Source: Dehalococcoides mccartyi
GTDB lineage: Bacteria; Chloroflexota; Dehalococcoidia; GIF9; DYGU01
Assembly: GCA_020724525.1 (NCBI GenBank)
Contig: DYGU01000004.1
Coordinates: 35,100 to 99,099, forward strand
Direction of reading: 5' to 3'
DNA length: 64,000 nt
The position numbers were made by a program, and so were the translations under genes. Under the pieces are notes generated by a model, which was given only the letters and a program-made list of their open reading frames with translations, searched no databases and was not told the DNA's origin. Of this stretch, positions 1-10,527 are shown piece after piece; positions within the stretch are counted from its first letter, which is position 1, and every line of letters starts with the position of its first letter.

Positions 1-417
<417 letters not shown>

Positions 418-1263
418 CTATTCCTCTTCCGTCTCAACTTCTTCTTCCATCTCCTCAACCGGAACAGCCTCTTCAAGAATAGAGAAGCCATCAGGTAGCA
501 ATTCAGCTTCCTCTTCCTCCCGGGCTTCTTCAGCTTCCTCCCAAAATTCCTCCTCTTCGCTAATTACACCGCGCTGAAGAAGAGTATCCTTGATATAGGG
601 TCGAAAGCCTTCGACAGCCTTCACCGGGAAAGAAAGCCGCCCTGCCTGACCTGGATACTGATACACTTCCCGAATGATAACCTTAACCCTGGCCTCACTT
701 AAACTGACAATAGCGGCAACATACTTGTTCCCACCCTTCATTAACTTAGTCAAACGAAATCCGTGCTTTGGTTCAACCTCCCCCAGATATTCTCCCCGAT
801 CGTTTTCCACAACCAGATGTTGCCCCCTTACCTTCAAGTAGACCTCCTCCCCAGCGACCATTCTGGCTAATACCTCCTTCGGCGCCAGATTATGCAAGTT
901 AACCACCCCTGCTTTCCCCATTTCGGCAACAAAAAGCTGCGGTACCACTCTATGGTAATCTCCTTTAGCCGTTTCAGGAGTTTCCGGCAAAAGAGATAAC
1001 CGCTCCAGATTCTTTCTGGCAATAATATTATTCGGAGCCAGTTCCAAAGCCCGAGTATAGGCTTCTTTAGCTTCAGGAAATTCCCCCAGTTCCATCAGAG
1101 CTCTACCCAGACGATTATAGGCGTCAGCATCGGTGGGAAAGCTTTCAATTATACTTCTGTTCACAGCTACTGCTTCTTCCCAGCGACTCTCCATTGACAG
1201 AGCAATAGCCTCTTTGCTCAACTGGCGCCTCAGGCGAGTCCTATCTTCTTCCCAGTCAGGCAT
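418..1263 (-). CDS. TPR-repeat protein with a highly acidic Glu-rich C-terminal tail.
   Basis: The 281 aa ORF carries TPR-like helices (AYNRLGRALMELGEFPEAKEAYTRALELAPNN) and ends in EEEFWEEAEEAREEEEAE...EEMEEEVETEEE. It lies immediately upstream of gyrA on the same strand. Confidence 0.55.
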   Translation of the reverse strand: MPDWEEDRTRLRRQLSKEAIALSMESRWEEAVAVNRSIIESFPTDADAYNRLGRALMELGEFPEAKEAYTRALELAPNNIIARKNLERLSLLPETPETAKGDYHRVVPQLFVAEMGKAGVVNLHNLAPKEVLARMVAGEEVYLKVRGQHLVVENDRGEYLGEVEPKHGFRLTKLMKGGNKYVAAIVSLSEARVKVIIREVYQYPGQAGRLSFPVKAVEGFRPYIKDTLLQRGVISEEEEFWEEAEEAREEEEAELLPDGFSILEEAVPVEEMEEEVETEEE

Positions 1264-1448
1264 CTCAATCTCCCCTCTTTATACCTTTATTTTATAGCCC
1301 TTCTCTAACAAAAACAACCAAAGGCTTAAGTCACATGGACGAAGTCATCTCATAAAACTAAGGCAACTCTGTTTGACAAAATTGTCCCGCTATGTTAGCG
1401 TAAGAGACTGCTTGACAGCAAGTCAATATTAGTAAAAAGGAGAAGCTA

Positions 1449-1667
1449 ATGCGAGAAAAAGTGGAGGAAATTCTGGGAAGGATTCGTCCTCATCTCCATG
1501 CTGATGGTGGCGACGTTGAGTTAATTGAAGTTAATGATGGCATAGTTAAGGTAAAGCTTACCGGGGCTTGTGGTAGCTGCCCCATGGCTATACTTACCCT
1601 AAAGAATGGGATTGAGCGCATTCTTAAAACCGAAATGCCTGAAGTAAAAGAAGTAATCTCAGTTTGA
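1449..1667 (+). CDS. NifU-like Fe-S cluster assembly domain protein.
   Basis: The 72 aa product has a CGSC motif (LTGACGSCPMA) typical of the NifU C-terminal domain. A spaced RBS (aaaggag) sits upstream. Confidence 0.75.
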   Translation: MREKVEEILGRIRPHLHADGGDVELIEVNDGIVKVKLTGACGSCPMAILTLKNGIERILKTEMPEVKEVISV

Positions 1668-1672
1668 TTTCA

Positions 1673-1735
1673 CCCCACCAAATCTTCGATTTGGTGGGGA
1701 ACCCCGGTGCCCTAAAAAACAAAGTTTTTCAGGGG
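1673..1735. terminator. Two consecutive GC-clamped hairpins between convergent genes, likely a bidirectional terminator. They belong to a recurring palindromic repeat family.
   Basis: CCCCACCAAATC-TTC-GATTTGGTGGGG (1673-1699) is followed by CCCTAAAAAAC-AAA-GTTTTTCAGGG (1711-1735). The second is a variant of the hairpin at 31463 and 59866. Confidence 0.55.
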
Positions 1736-1748
1736 CGAGAATTCAGAC

Positions 1749-2966
1749 TTAAACCTTCTCCAGCTCAAAAGCTTTGTGTATCGCCCTAAGGGCGTCTTTT
1801 ACCCTATCCTCAGCTATAATACAGGTAATTCGGATTTCTGAAGTAGTAATCAACTGTATATTGATACCTTCTTCATAAAGGGCACGGAACATCTTAGCCG
1901 CATAACCAGGGGTATTTTGCATACCAGTGCCTATGATACTAACTTTGGCTAAAGCAGCATCGCTAACACATTCTTTAGCCCCGATGAACCTGGCTACCGG
2001 CTCTACTATGGACATAGCTTTGTTCAAGTCACTGCGGGCAACAGTAAAAGTCAGGTCAGTGATATTGTTAATACTGGCATTTTGGACAATAGTGTCCACA
2101 TTTATGTTAACCTGGGCTAAGGGCTCAAAAAGAGCTGCCGCAATACCGGGACGGTCAGGAACCCCGACCACAGTGATTTTAGCCACATTGACATCGTGAG
2201 CAATACCTCGGACTTTATTCCTTACTTCCATAGAAACCCCTCCATGAATCAGAGTGCCTGGTGCTTTACTGAAACTGGTGGCTACCAGTATTGGAATATT
2301 ATACACCTCACCCAACTCCATGGCTCGAGGATGGATCACCTTAGCCCCGTAGGTAGCTAATTCCAACATCTCCTCATAGCCAATCTCGGACAACTTCTGG
2401 GCTTCAGGGACAAGACGAGGGTCAGCCGTGAAAACCCCTTCCACATCGGTGTAAATTTCACAGACCTTGGCTTTCAAAGCCGCAGCCAAAGCCACCGCTG
2501 TAGTATCTGAGCCACCCCGCCCCAAGGTAGTGATATCCATATCCCGGCTTATACCCTGAAATCCAGCCACAATAACTATATTACCTTGCTCCAGCTCTCT
2601 AACAATCCGTTTTGGGGCAACCTCTAAAATGCGTGCCCGACTGTAACTGCTATCAGTGTGAATACCAGCTTGAACCCCGCTCAGGCTTATCGCTTTATAG
2701 CCTAACTCATTAAGAGCCATACTTAATAGAGTGCTGGACACAATTTCCCCGGTTGATAGCAACACATCCAGCTCCCGCTCATCAGGTTGCCGCACTATCT
2801 GGCGCGCCAGGGCAATTAGTTCATCAGTAGTATCACCCATGGCTGAGACAACCACCACTACCCGGTTACCCTTGTCTTTAGTCTCAGCCACCCGCCTGGC
2901 TACATTCTTGATTTTTTCGGCATCAGCTACCGAGCTACCACCATATTTCTGGACAATCAGTGGCAT
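1749..2966 (-). CDS. lysC: Aspartate kinase.
   Basis: 405 aa with the kinase N-terminus ([23 protein letters not shown]) and tandem C-terminal ACT domains. Confidence 0.9.
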   Translation of the reverse strand: MPLIVQKYGGSSVADAEKIKNVARRVAETKDKGNRVVVVVSAMGDTTDELIALARQIVRQPDERELDVLLSTGEIVSSTLLSMALNELGYKAISLSGVQAGIHTDSSYSRARILEVAPKRIVRELEQGNIVIVAGFQGISRDMDITTLGRGGSDTTAVALAAALKAKVCEIYTDVEGVFTADPRLVPEAQKLSEIGYEEMLELATYGAKVIHPRAMELGEVYNIPILVATSFSKAPGTLIHGGVSMEVRNKVRGIAHDVNVAKITVVGVPDRPGIAAALFEPLAQVNINVDTIVQNASINNITDLTFTVARSDLNKAMSIVEPVARFIGAKECVSDAALAKVSIIGTGMQNTPGYAAKMFRALYEEGINIQLITTSEIRITCIIAEDRVKDALRAIHKAFELEKV

Positions 2967-2984
2967 TTCTCTTCTCGTTCCTTT

Positions 2985-3413
2985 TTACTCATCCCCCAAA
3001 CAACGAGTAAGAATGGTACGGACTTCATTTTGGTCTGCATAACTGATGCAGCTAAAAATTCGCTTGCCATATTCCTGCTCCGGATTAGGAATGCCAGCAC
3101 GTTCACTCAAGCTTATAAGGTCTTGACGCCGGGCTCCCACAAAAAGAAGAACCGTATCTCCCCCTTGGGCTATCTCACTCTCGACTCGCTGCCATCTGTC
3201 CAGGACTTTTCTTTGATGACTTTTTTGTTGCTGGAAAGTTACTTCAACTTCTACAAAAGCCCTGCGGTTATTTCGCGGGTTCAACAAAATCATATCTGGT
3301 TCCCCCGGGCGATTTTCACGATTTAAGAATTCTATATTATAGCCCAACTCTTCCGCCAACAAAGCTATTTGGATTAGATAGGCTCCATGGCGCTCATCCG
3401 AGGTTACTTCCAT
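2985..3413 (-). CDS. Hypothetical protein. A possible PD-(D/E)xK-like nuclease partner of the adjacent methyltransferase is unverified.
   Basis: The 142 aa ORF lies 15 bp downstream of the methyltransferase on the same strand. It contains GEPD...FVEVEV, reminiscent of a nuclease core but without a clear catalytic Lys. Its GC content resembles the host, unlike the methyltransferase. Confidence 0.4.
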   Translation of the reverse strand: MEVTSDERHGAYLIQIALLAEELGYNIEFLNRENRPGEPDMILLNPRNNRRAFVEVEVTFQQQKSHQRKVLDRWQRVESEIAQGGDTVLLFVGARRQDLISLSERAGIPNPEQEYGKRIFSCISYADQNEVRTILTRCLGDE

Positions 3414-3428
3414 TTTTGCTCCACCTTC

Positions 3429-4886
3429 TTAATAATTAACTTTAATGAAATCTCTTAGCTCTTTCGGAACTTCGTAAAGTTCGAAAACAAGCTCATTTAT
3501 TTTCTCTTGTTCTTTAGAATAATCATAATGGGGGCTGATTTTTAAGTTATCAACAATGCGCTTGACCAAGGTTTCCATCCACGACTGCATCTCTTTGGGA
3601 GGATACCTGAAGGGTAACGCTCTTATATCCTCTATTTGAAGGCAGTTTGTGGTATTGAGAATTCCTTTTGTTAGGAAATTATAAAGCTTGCTATTTAAGA
3701 GCCCCAAAGCGTACCAAATAGATACCTGACTGTCTTTAACAACAAATCCCATGGCTTTGTTAGTATCCCAAAGGCATCCCGGTGGCATATACCTGGCTGC
3801 TAACCTAGAACTTACGCCGCTTATCACTATGCCTTCCCTAAAAAACAAGTCATTCTTCTTCGGCACGTCATAATGCTTTACTGTGTCAGCACTCCAATCT
3901 ATAGCTTCTTCTATTTCTCGGTAATATTGTTCGTTTCCCCCCTTCTTTAGGTATGGTTGCCATCTGTTATCTTCCAATAAGACTTGTCTTGGGATAACTC
4001 TCCGCCCGTCTTTTTTAAATTTCTCCGACAATATAGTTCCTTCTATAGCAGCTATAAACCTCGCATTATCATGGGTATGCAATCCAATTTGGCCCTCGAT
4101 AACTTCACTAACTGAGGGTAACGAAGAAAAAAGCCTTACTACAAACTTATCGATATTTATAGAAATCGGGTAACCCCTTATTTTTAAGAAAAATTGCTGG
4201 GGTATTCGCTTTACTCTCGAGGGAGTATAATATTCTCTTTCCGTTTTCACTCTATCTATGAAGACAACCTCATGGCTATCATCCCATGGCTTCTTTTCTA
4301 TTACTACGATGCAAGGGTTATTGTTTACCCCCTGCTTTGAGAATAGATTTTTGGGGGCTAATATTATCTCATTAATTTTGAAATTTTTGAGTAAAAACTC
4401 ACGCAACTTCCGATGGTATCCAATAGTAAGAAAGGTATCACTAACAATAAAGCAGAGAATTCCTCCCTCTTTTAGGGAAAGCAAACTTCGATAGATAAAA
4501 AGGCTGTAAGTATCATAGACTCCTATTTGCTTAAACCGCCTTAAAAGTCCCCTTTTATTGGTTCGAATGTAAGTGCTGTGCCTACTTAAATACGGTGGAT
4601 TACCTATTACGCAGTCAAAAAGTTTCTGCGTGAAAACAGGGTCTTCTTCAAGTAAAAAATCAGTAATCTTATGATTAATTCCAAAATCTTGATATATCTT
4701 TTCAAAAGCCAGGTTGATTTCAAGAGCCGTAATTTGTTGGGGGTTTACATTTCTCCTCAAAAGCTCCTTCACAAAAACACCTTCTCCAGCACCAGGCTCC
4801 AAAATACTTTTCCCCACAAGACTTCCCAATTTATCTACCATAAACCTGGCAGTTTCTGGGGGGGTAAATATTTCACCTCTGTTCAT
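3429..4886 (-). CDS. N6-adenine DNA methyltransferase, gamma-class (M.TaqI / Eco57I-like).
   Basis: N-terminal FTPPETARFMVDKL and SAM motif ILEPGAGEGVF; catalytic motif IV is VIGNPPY. The gene is markedly AT-rich (about 35% GC) relative to its neighbours. Confidence 0.85.
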   Translation of the reverse strand: MNRGEIFTPPETARFMVDKLGSLVGKSILEPGAGEGVFVKELLRRNVNPQQITALEINLAFEKIYQDFGINHKITDFLLEEDPVFTQKLFDCVIGNPPYLSRHSTYIRTNKRGLLRRFKQIGVYDTYSLFIYRSLLSLKEGGILCFIVSDTFLTIGYHRKLREFLLKNFKINEIILAPKNLFSKQGVNNNPCIVVIEKKPWDDSHEVVFIDRVKTEREYYTPSRVKRIPQQFFLKIRGYPISINIDKFVVRLFSSLPSVSEVIEGQIGLHTHDNARFIAAIEGTILSEKFKKDGRRVIPRQVLLEDNRWQPYLKKGGNEQYYREIEEAIDWSADTVKHYDVPKKNDLFFREGIVISGVSSRLAARYMPPGCLWDTNKAMGFVVKDSQVSIWYALGLLNSKLYNFLTKGILNTTNCLQIEDIRALPFRYPPKEMQSWMETLVKRIVDNLKISPHYDYSKEQEKINELVFELYEVPKELRDFIKVNY

Positions 4887-5023
4887 TTCCTAATTCTCTT
4901 CGCTTATACAAGCCTCTTTGTATTCGCCTTTAAATTATTTTACGCTACCTGATGGGCTTTAACAAAGCAATTTTAAGGGATATTTTTAAACCTTTGTTGT
5001 TATTCCACCTCTGATAGCGACAC

Positions 5024-6217
5024 TCACATTATCCAGCCTATTAATTTACTCATAATACTACACCCTTCCACTACAAAAACGCCAGTCCTTTTAGCTTCAA
5101 CTTCGGTAAACCTCTCAGCCCCATTGGGGCTAAACCCCTCTCCCCAGAGTAGAAACGGGACCGGGGCATCGGTGTGGGTCTGAACCTTAATTGGCGTGGA
5201 GTGGTCAGGCATAATGAGCACCCTTAAGTTATCTCCTTGCCAGGAGCGGAGACGACTTACCATCTCCTGGTCAATTCTGTAGATGGTTTCTATTTTGTCA
5301 TCAACAGAACCGGAATGCCCAGCTTCATCTGGAGCTTCCACGTGGACAACCACTAAATCCCGTTCCTTAAGAGCTTCCAGGGCACCCGTTACCTGAGCCA
5401 CATAATCATTGTCCAGACCGTCAGTCACCCCCGGGATATCCAGTACTTCCATTCCCATCATCCGGGCTAAACCGCGGAGAAGGTCAACCCCGGAGGTCAT
5501 AGCCGCCTTTAGTCCATAAACTTGCTTGAAAGGCAGCATATCAGGTATTTTACCACTGCCCCAGAAAAGCCAGACCATAGTTGCCGGAATATCATCCCGA
5601 GCTTTTCGGCTTAAATTCACCGGATGATCTTTAAGCACAGCTTTAGAGCGCTCCATAATCTCTCGCAATAGCTCACTTCCCTTGCCTTTAGGTAAAAATT
5701 CAGCAATAGATTTCCCGGAAATATCATGAGGGGGGGTACAAATAGCCTGAAGGGTTTCTTCTCGCCCTTTTATCTTGCATATATGTCTGTAACTGACACC
5801 AGGATAAAAATGAATGTTTTCATCAGCCAAGCTTTCATTCAAGGCAGCAATCAGAGCCTGAGCCTCCTCAGTACTGATATAACCTGAGCTGTAACTCGAC
5901 ATTTTGCCATCCTGAACCGCTACCAGATTGCAGCGAAAAACCACTTCGCCATCCTCAATAGGAATGCCCATACTTTTAGCCTCAATAGCAGCCCTACCCC
6001 GGTAATAGACTTTCGGGTCATACCCCAGCACCGACATACAGGCACAGGCACTGCTCGGCTCCATTCCCTCGGGCACTGTCCTGACCAGACCAACCACCCC
6101 TTCTTTAGCCAAAGCATCCAGATTTGGTGTCGCAGCTAATTCGAGACAAGTCTTATCCCCCCGGTCAGGCAAAGGTAGACCAGAGGCTCCATCCATTATC
6201 AGAATGCAGTATTTCAC
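5024..6217 (-). CDS. apgM: Cofactor-independent phosphoglycerate mutase, archaeal-type (ApgM family).
   Basis: 397 aa with N-terminal ILIMDGASGLP...TPNLDALAKEG and a metal-binding core (MPDHSTP, VHVEAPDEAGH). Confidence 0.8.
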   Translation of the reverse strand: MKYCILIMDGASGLPLPDRGDKTCLELAATPNLDALAKEGVVGLVRTVPEGMEPSSACACMSVLGYDPKVYYRGRAAIEAKSMGIPIEDGEVVFRCNLVAVQDGKMSSYSSGYISTEEAQALIAALNESLADENIHFYPGVSYRHICKIKGREETLQAICTPPHDISGKSIAEFLPKGKGSELLREIMERSKAVLKDHPVNLSRKARDDIPATMVWLFWGSGKIPDMLPFKQVYGLKAAMTSGVDLLRGLARMMGMEVLDIPGVTDGLDNDYVAQVTGALEALKERDLVVVHVEAPDEAGHSGSVDDKIETIYRIDQEMVSRLRSWQGDNLRVLIMPDHSTPIKVQTHTDAPVPFLLWGEGFSPNGAERFTEVEAKRTGVFVVEGCSIMSKLIGWIM

Positions 6218-6340
6218 TGAGTTCTCCTATTCAGTTCTCCCGACTAATATCGAGAATGAAGCAAGTATAGCAAGAGGCTTATCTCAACTCAATGATTTAG
6301 CTTGCTAACCTGCTTACGAAAGGAATATAATAATTACTAA

Positions 6341-6414
<74 letters not shown>

Positions 6415-6416
6415 TT

Positions 6417-7196
6417 TTATTTTACCCTCTGTTTCGCTTCCTCCCATAGAGCATTCTGCTCATCCAGGGAAAGACTACTGATATTAACACCCCGCTGCCG
6501 GCACATTTCCTCCATATAAGAGAAGCGCTGAACGAAGCGCTGATTAGCTTGCCGCAAAGCCGCTTCCAGGTCCACATTTAAGCGACGACCGATATTCGTC
6601 AGGGTAAACAGCAAGTCGCCAAATTCCCTGGCTATTTGCTCCTGAGTGGGAGCTTGCTTTAATTCGGTTACCTCCTCTTTTAACTTATCCACAATCTCTG
6701 TCACTTTTTCCCAATCAAATCCAACACCCGCCACTCGCTGCTGGATTGACTGGCTGTAAGCCAAAGCCGGCATTTCTTTAGGGACACTATCTAAAAGGGA
6801 CTCCCCGTCTTCTCGTTCTTCCTGTTTTAATGCCTCCCAGTTGACTATCACTTCTCTGGCATCAGTCACTTTTAGCTGACCAAAAATATGGGGATGGCGA
6901 TGGATTAGTTTGGCATTAATGCTCTGAATAACATCTGTAATATTAAATTCATCGGCTTCAGCAGCAATCTGAGCCTGAAAGACAATTTGCATCAGGAGGT
7001 CGCCTAACTCTTCGCATAGCTTGAGCGGATTTTTCTGTTCAATAGCTTCCAGAACTTCATAGCACTCCTCAAGCAAGTGTGTTTTCAGGGAATGGCGAGT
7101 TTGCTGCCGGTCCCAGGGACAGCCTTTAGGGCTGCGCAACCGAGCCATGATCCCCTTTAAGGTAGCAAAGCTACACAAATTCTTTGGAAAAGACAT
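6417..7196 (-). CDS. mazG: MazG-family nucleoside triphosphate pyrophosphohydrolase.
   Basis: 259 aa with two MazG domains ([47 protein letters not shown]). Confidence 0.85.
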   Translation of the reverse strand: MSFPKNLCSFATLKGIMARLRSPKGCPWDRQQTRHSLKTHLLEECYEVLEAIEQKNPLKLCEELGDLLMQIVFQAQIAAEADEFNITDVIQSINAKLIHRHPHIFGQLKVTDAREVIVNWEALKQEEREDGESLLDSVPKEMPALAYSQSIQQRVAGVGFDWEKVTEIVDKLKEEVTELKQAPTQEQIAREFGDLLFTLTNIGRRLNVDLEAALRQANQRFVQRFSYMEEMCRQRGVNISSLSLDEQNALWEEAKQRVK

Positions 7197-7229
7197 TCCA
7201 CTCCTTCAGAATGACATAAGACGAAGACT

Positions 7230-8186
7230 TCAGGTTTGGAGCAAGTAGCCAAGGAACTCCCTTTGTCCCCGGATAAACTCCGCTGCCGACATTCGGCGCT
7301 TCCCTTCAATTTGTACCTGACACAGCCCAAGCACACCATCCCCAGTGACTACCCCCACAGGTGTTGGAAAATCAGATGTCAGGGCTATAACTTTGCCCAC
7401 TTCCCCATCTGACCCTTTCAGTATCGGGATTGCCTCCCAAATCTTTAGCCGCCTGCCCTGATACCAGGTATAACAAACTGGCCAGGGATTAAAAGCCCGA
7501 ACCCGTCGCCATATTTCTAAAGCTGATAAGCGCCAATCTATTTGAGCATCTGCCGTAGTTACTCTTTTACTGTAAGTAGCCAAACTGTGGTCCTGTGGCT
7601 GAGGCTTAATTCTGCCCTCAAACCATAAAGGTAGAGTCTCCAAAAGGAGTTCGGCACTAAGTTGAGCTAATTTATCACCCAAAGAACCGGCAGTATCATC
7701 GCCAGAAATGGCTATTTCCCGCTGCCTTAGAATAGGACCGGTATCAAGGCTAGCATCCATCAGCATTATAGAAACACCAGTAACCTCATCGCCTTGAAGA
7801 ATAGCCGTAATAATAGGTGACGGACCCCGATGTCGCGGTAACAAGGAGGGGTGGATGTTAAGACATCTATATGGGGGTAAGTCCAAGACTTCCTTAGATA
7901 GAAGTTGGCCGAAGGCTGCCACCACAATAATATCCGGAGCCAAACTCCTGAGTAACTCCGTTTCCCGGGGCTCCCTCAAGGATTGAGGCTGAATTACCTG
8001 AAGTCCATGACTTGCTGCCAGCTTCTTCAGTGGAGACCAAGTAACCTTTTGCCCCCGCCCGGCTTTTCTATCGGGTTGAGTATATACCGCAACTACCTCA
8101 TAGGAACTATCAATCAAAGACTTCAAACTGGGGAGAGCAAATTCCGGCGTGCCCATAAAAACAATACGGTTTGCCATCGTTCTCAT
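7230..8186 (-). CDS. fmt: Methionyl-tRNA formyltransferase.
   Basis: 318 aa with N-terminal RIVFMGTPEFALPSL and the formyltransferase core (NIHPSLLPRHRG). Confidence 0.9.
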   Translation of the reverse strand: MRTMANRIVFMGTPEFALPSLKSLIDSSYEVVAVYTQPDRKAGRGQKVTWSPLKKLAASHGLQVIQPQSLREPRETELLRSLAPDIIVVAAFGQLLSKEVLDLPPYRCLNIHPSLLPRHRGPSPIITAILQGDEVTGVSIMLMDASLDTGPILRQREIAISGDDTAGSLGDKLAQLSAELLLETLPLWFEGRIKPQPQDHSLATYSKRVTTADAQIDWRLSALEIWRRVRAFNPWPVCYTWYQGRRLKIWEAIPILKGSDGEVGKVIALTSDFPTPVGVVTGDGVLGLCQVQIEGKRRMSAAEFIRGQREFLGYLLQT

Positions 8187-8400
8187 AATATTTTACTCAA
8201 CCCTTGCCTTATGTCAAAAACCCCCTTGACAACCATTATTAGCCTCGGTGTTAAACTTTAAAATTGTTTAGACCAGCTTCCCAGCTCATTATTCTCTTCC
8301 AATTATTTTTCGTCTAAATATGGGTAAACAATGTTTCTTCATCGGTTTGGGTAATTTCTGGTATCGGTAGTATAGTTTTGGCAAGGGAAGGAAAGCAAAT

Positions 8401-9756
8401 TTGAGGTCGGCACAAGAAATCTGGGAAACAGCCCTCGGGCAACTCCAAGTTCAAATCAGCAAACCAAATTTTGATACTTGGCTTAAAGATACTATCGGTT
8501 TGAATTACCACAATAACTACTTCACCATCGGCGTCCCTAATGCCTTTGTCGGCGAATGGCTTAATAACCGCTGGCGTTCTTTAATCACTAAGACATTAGT
8601 CGGAATTATAGATAAAGATACCGAAATTCAGTTTTCGGTAAATACCAGCAACCTATGTAAAACTCCATACACTTCTATCCTGCAAGCCGATGGTGGGCTT
8701 AGCTCCCGTGCCATATCACAAGCACTTTCTCCACCAAGACTTAATCCAAAATATACGTTCAATACCTTTGTCGTCGGCAATTGTAACCGGTTTGCTTACT
8801 CGGCTGCTTTACAGGTAGCCGAAAAGATGCCCGAGGAGTACAATCCGCTATTTATTTATAGCAGTACTGGTCTCGGCAAAACCCATTTATTGCACGCTAT
8901 CGGACATATAACCATGAATAATGGGCTAAGAACTCTCTACCTTACTGCTGAACAATTCACCAATGAGTTCGTAAAGTCTCTTAAGGAAGGAAAAAATGGG
9001 AGCTTCCGGAGCAAATTTAGAGCTGTCCAGGTATTACTCATGGACGATATCCACTTTTTCAACGGCAAAGGGCAAATCCAGGAATGTTTCCTCCACGTCT
9101 TTAATGAACTTTATCATGCTGACACACAAATTGTTCTTACCAGTGACCGGTCGCCTAAAGCAATAGCTCTCCTTAATAATAAACTACGGTCAAGATTTGA
9201 GTGGGGGCTGGTAACTGTTATTCAGTCACCAGAAATAGATACGCGCTTAGCCATCATTAGAGCCAAGGCTGAAGAAAGAGGGCTAAAAGTGCCACCCGAA
9301 GTTTTAAAGTTTTTAGCTGAAAAATGCCAGGGAAACATCAGAGAGCTGGAAGGAGTCCTAAATCGTGTTGTCGCCTATGCCCAAGTGCATAATACAAGTC
9401 TCAACCTTTGCTTAGCTGCCGAAGCCCTGGCTAAAATAACCACAGAAACTCAAAATGTAATAACTCCGCCAAAACACATAATACAGCTTGTAGCTCGTTA
9501 CTTTGGCTTAACTCCAGAGCTACTAAGGGGAAGAAAAAGAGACCCGAAGACCAGTCTGGCTCGCCAGATTGCCATTTACCTCCTCCGAGAAGAAAGCTGC
9601 TGCACCCTGTCTCAAATAAGCCGTGAATTTGGCAGCCGAGACCATTCCACAATTTTCTACAGCCATTTCAAAATAAAGGAGAGACTGAAAACTGAGCCGA
9701 AACTTCGCAGCCAAATAGCAGAAATACTCCGGGCACTCCAGTTCACTCAAGAATAG
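8401..9756 (+). CDS. dnaA: Chromosomal replication initiator protein DnaA (TTG start).
   Basis: 451 aa: N-terminus IWETALGQLQVQISKPNFDTWLKDT, AAA+ Walker A GLGKTHLLHAIG, Walker B LLMDDIHF, and the C-terminal DnaA DNA-binding domain. Confidence 0.95.
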   Translation: MRSAQEIWETALGQLQVQISKPNFDTWLKDTIGLNYHNNYFTIGVPNAFVGEWLNNRWRSLITKTLVGIIDKDTEIQFSVNTSNLCKTPYTSILQADGGLSSRAISQALSPPRLNPKYTFNTFVVGNCNRFAYSAALQVAEKMPEEYNPLFIYSSTGLGKTHLLHAIGHITMNNGLRTLYLTAEQFTNEFVKSLKEGKNGSFRSKFRAVQVLLMDDIHFFNGKGQIQECFLHVFNELYHADTQIVLTSDRSPKAIALLNNKLRSRFEWGLVTVIQSPEIDTRLAIIRAKAEERGLKVPPEVLKFLAEKCQGNIRELEGVLNRVVAYAQVHNTSLNLCLAAEALAKITTETQNVITPPKHIIQLVARYFGLTPELLRGRKRDPKTSLARQIAIYLLREESCCTLSQISREFGSRDHSTIFYSHFKIKERLKTEPKLRSQIAEILRALQFTQE

Positions 9757-9926
9757 TAATTAAACTTTTGAAAAATTTTGGAAAGGCTGTGGATAGCCCT
9801 TTTATTTGATTTTGGATTCTCTCCTTAATAAGAATTGCTTCCTAAATGTCATTAATAATATTATTAGTTAAATTATTAGTACTTTAGTTATTATAAAACT
9901 ATAAAAATAATAAGTTTTGAGCGATA
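9757..9926. promoter_or_regulatory. Candidate oriC segment: one DnaA-box-like site plus an AT-rich repeat tract that could be a DNA-unwinding element.
   Basis: TGTGGATAG at 9789-9797 matches the DnaA box TGTGGATAA at 8 of 9 positions. 9840-9926 is very AT-rich, with repeated ATTATTAGT-like units. Flanking gene orientation switches here (minus-strand genes upstream of dnaA, plus-strand from dnaA). Confidence 0.35.
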
Positions 9927-10526
9927 ATGAATATAGGCATTTTTGGTGGTACTTTTGACCCTGTCCACTCAGGGCATTTGTTTGTAGCTGAGGAAGTTAG
10001 AATTCAGCTGAAGTTGGGTTCTGTTTTATTTATACCTGCTGGGCAGCCCTGGCTTAAGGTTGATAGAGTTATTGCGCCAGCAAGACACCGTATAGCTATG
10101 CTGAATTTAGCTATTGCTTCCAACCTCGAATTTCAGCTATCTACTATTGAAGTTGAGCGACCCGGTCCATCTTATACCGTAGATACTATTCGTTCACTTC
10201 AAGCTCAAATGGGTAGCCAGGCTAAATTTCTGTTCATTTTGGGCTGGGACAGCCTTGATGAGTTACCTCAATGGAAAGAGCCTTCTGAACTAACCAAAAT
10301 GTGTAAATTTATAGCGATCCCTCGCCAGAACCACCCAAAGCCAGACCTTGACTCTTTAGACAGGGCTATCCCTGGGGCAGCGGCAAGTATTATCTTGCTT
10401 GATATGCCTATTATTGGTATTAGTTCTTCCGAAATCAGGAAGCGTGTTGCTGAGGGTAAATCTATTCGCTATTGGGTACCTGAAAAAGTGGCAGAATATA
10501 TAAAGGAGCACAGGTTATATCAATAG
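9927..10526 (+). CDS. nadD: Nicotinate-nucleotide adenylyltransferase.
   Basis: 199 aa with the GIFGGTFDPVHSGHL nucleotidyltransferase motif. Confidence 0.9.
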   Translation: MNIGIFGGTFDPVHSGHLFVAEEVRIQLKLGSVLFIPAGQPWLKVDRVIAPARHRIAMLNLAIASNLEFQLSTIEVERPGPSYTVDTIRSLQAQMGSQAKFLFILGWDSLDELPQWKEPSELTKMCKFIAIPRQNHPKPDLDSLDRAIPGAAASIILLDMPIIGISSSEIRKRVAEGKSIRYWVPEKVAEYIKEHRLYQ

Positions 10527-10527
10527 T

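Noticed and set aside
1927-3042. Plus-strand ORFs 1927-2199 and 2731-3042 inside or opposite lysC
   Set aside because: They lie antisense within a well-supported aspartate kinase gene. They have low-complexity Ser/Thr/Ala-rich translations and no RBS, so they are shadow ORFs.
8187-8400. fmt-dnaA intergenic region as oriC
   Set aside because: I looked for TTATCCACA/TGTGGATAA-like boxes and found none by eye. I kept it only as the alternative to the 9757-9926 candidate.
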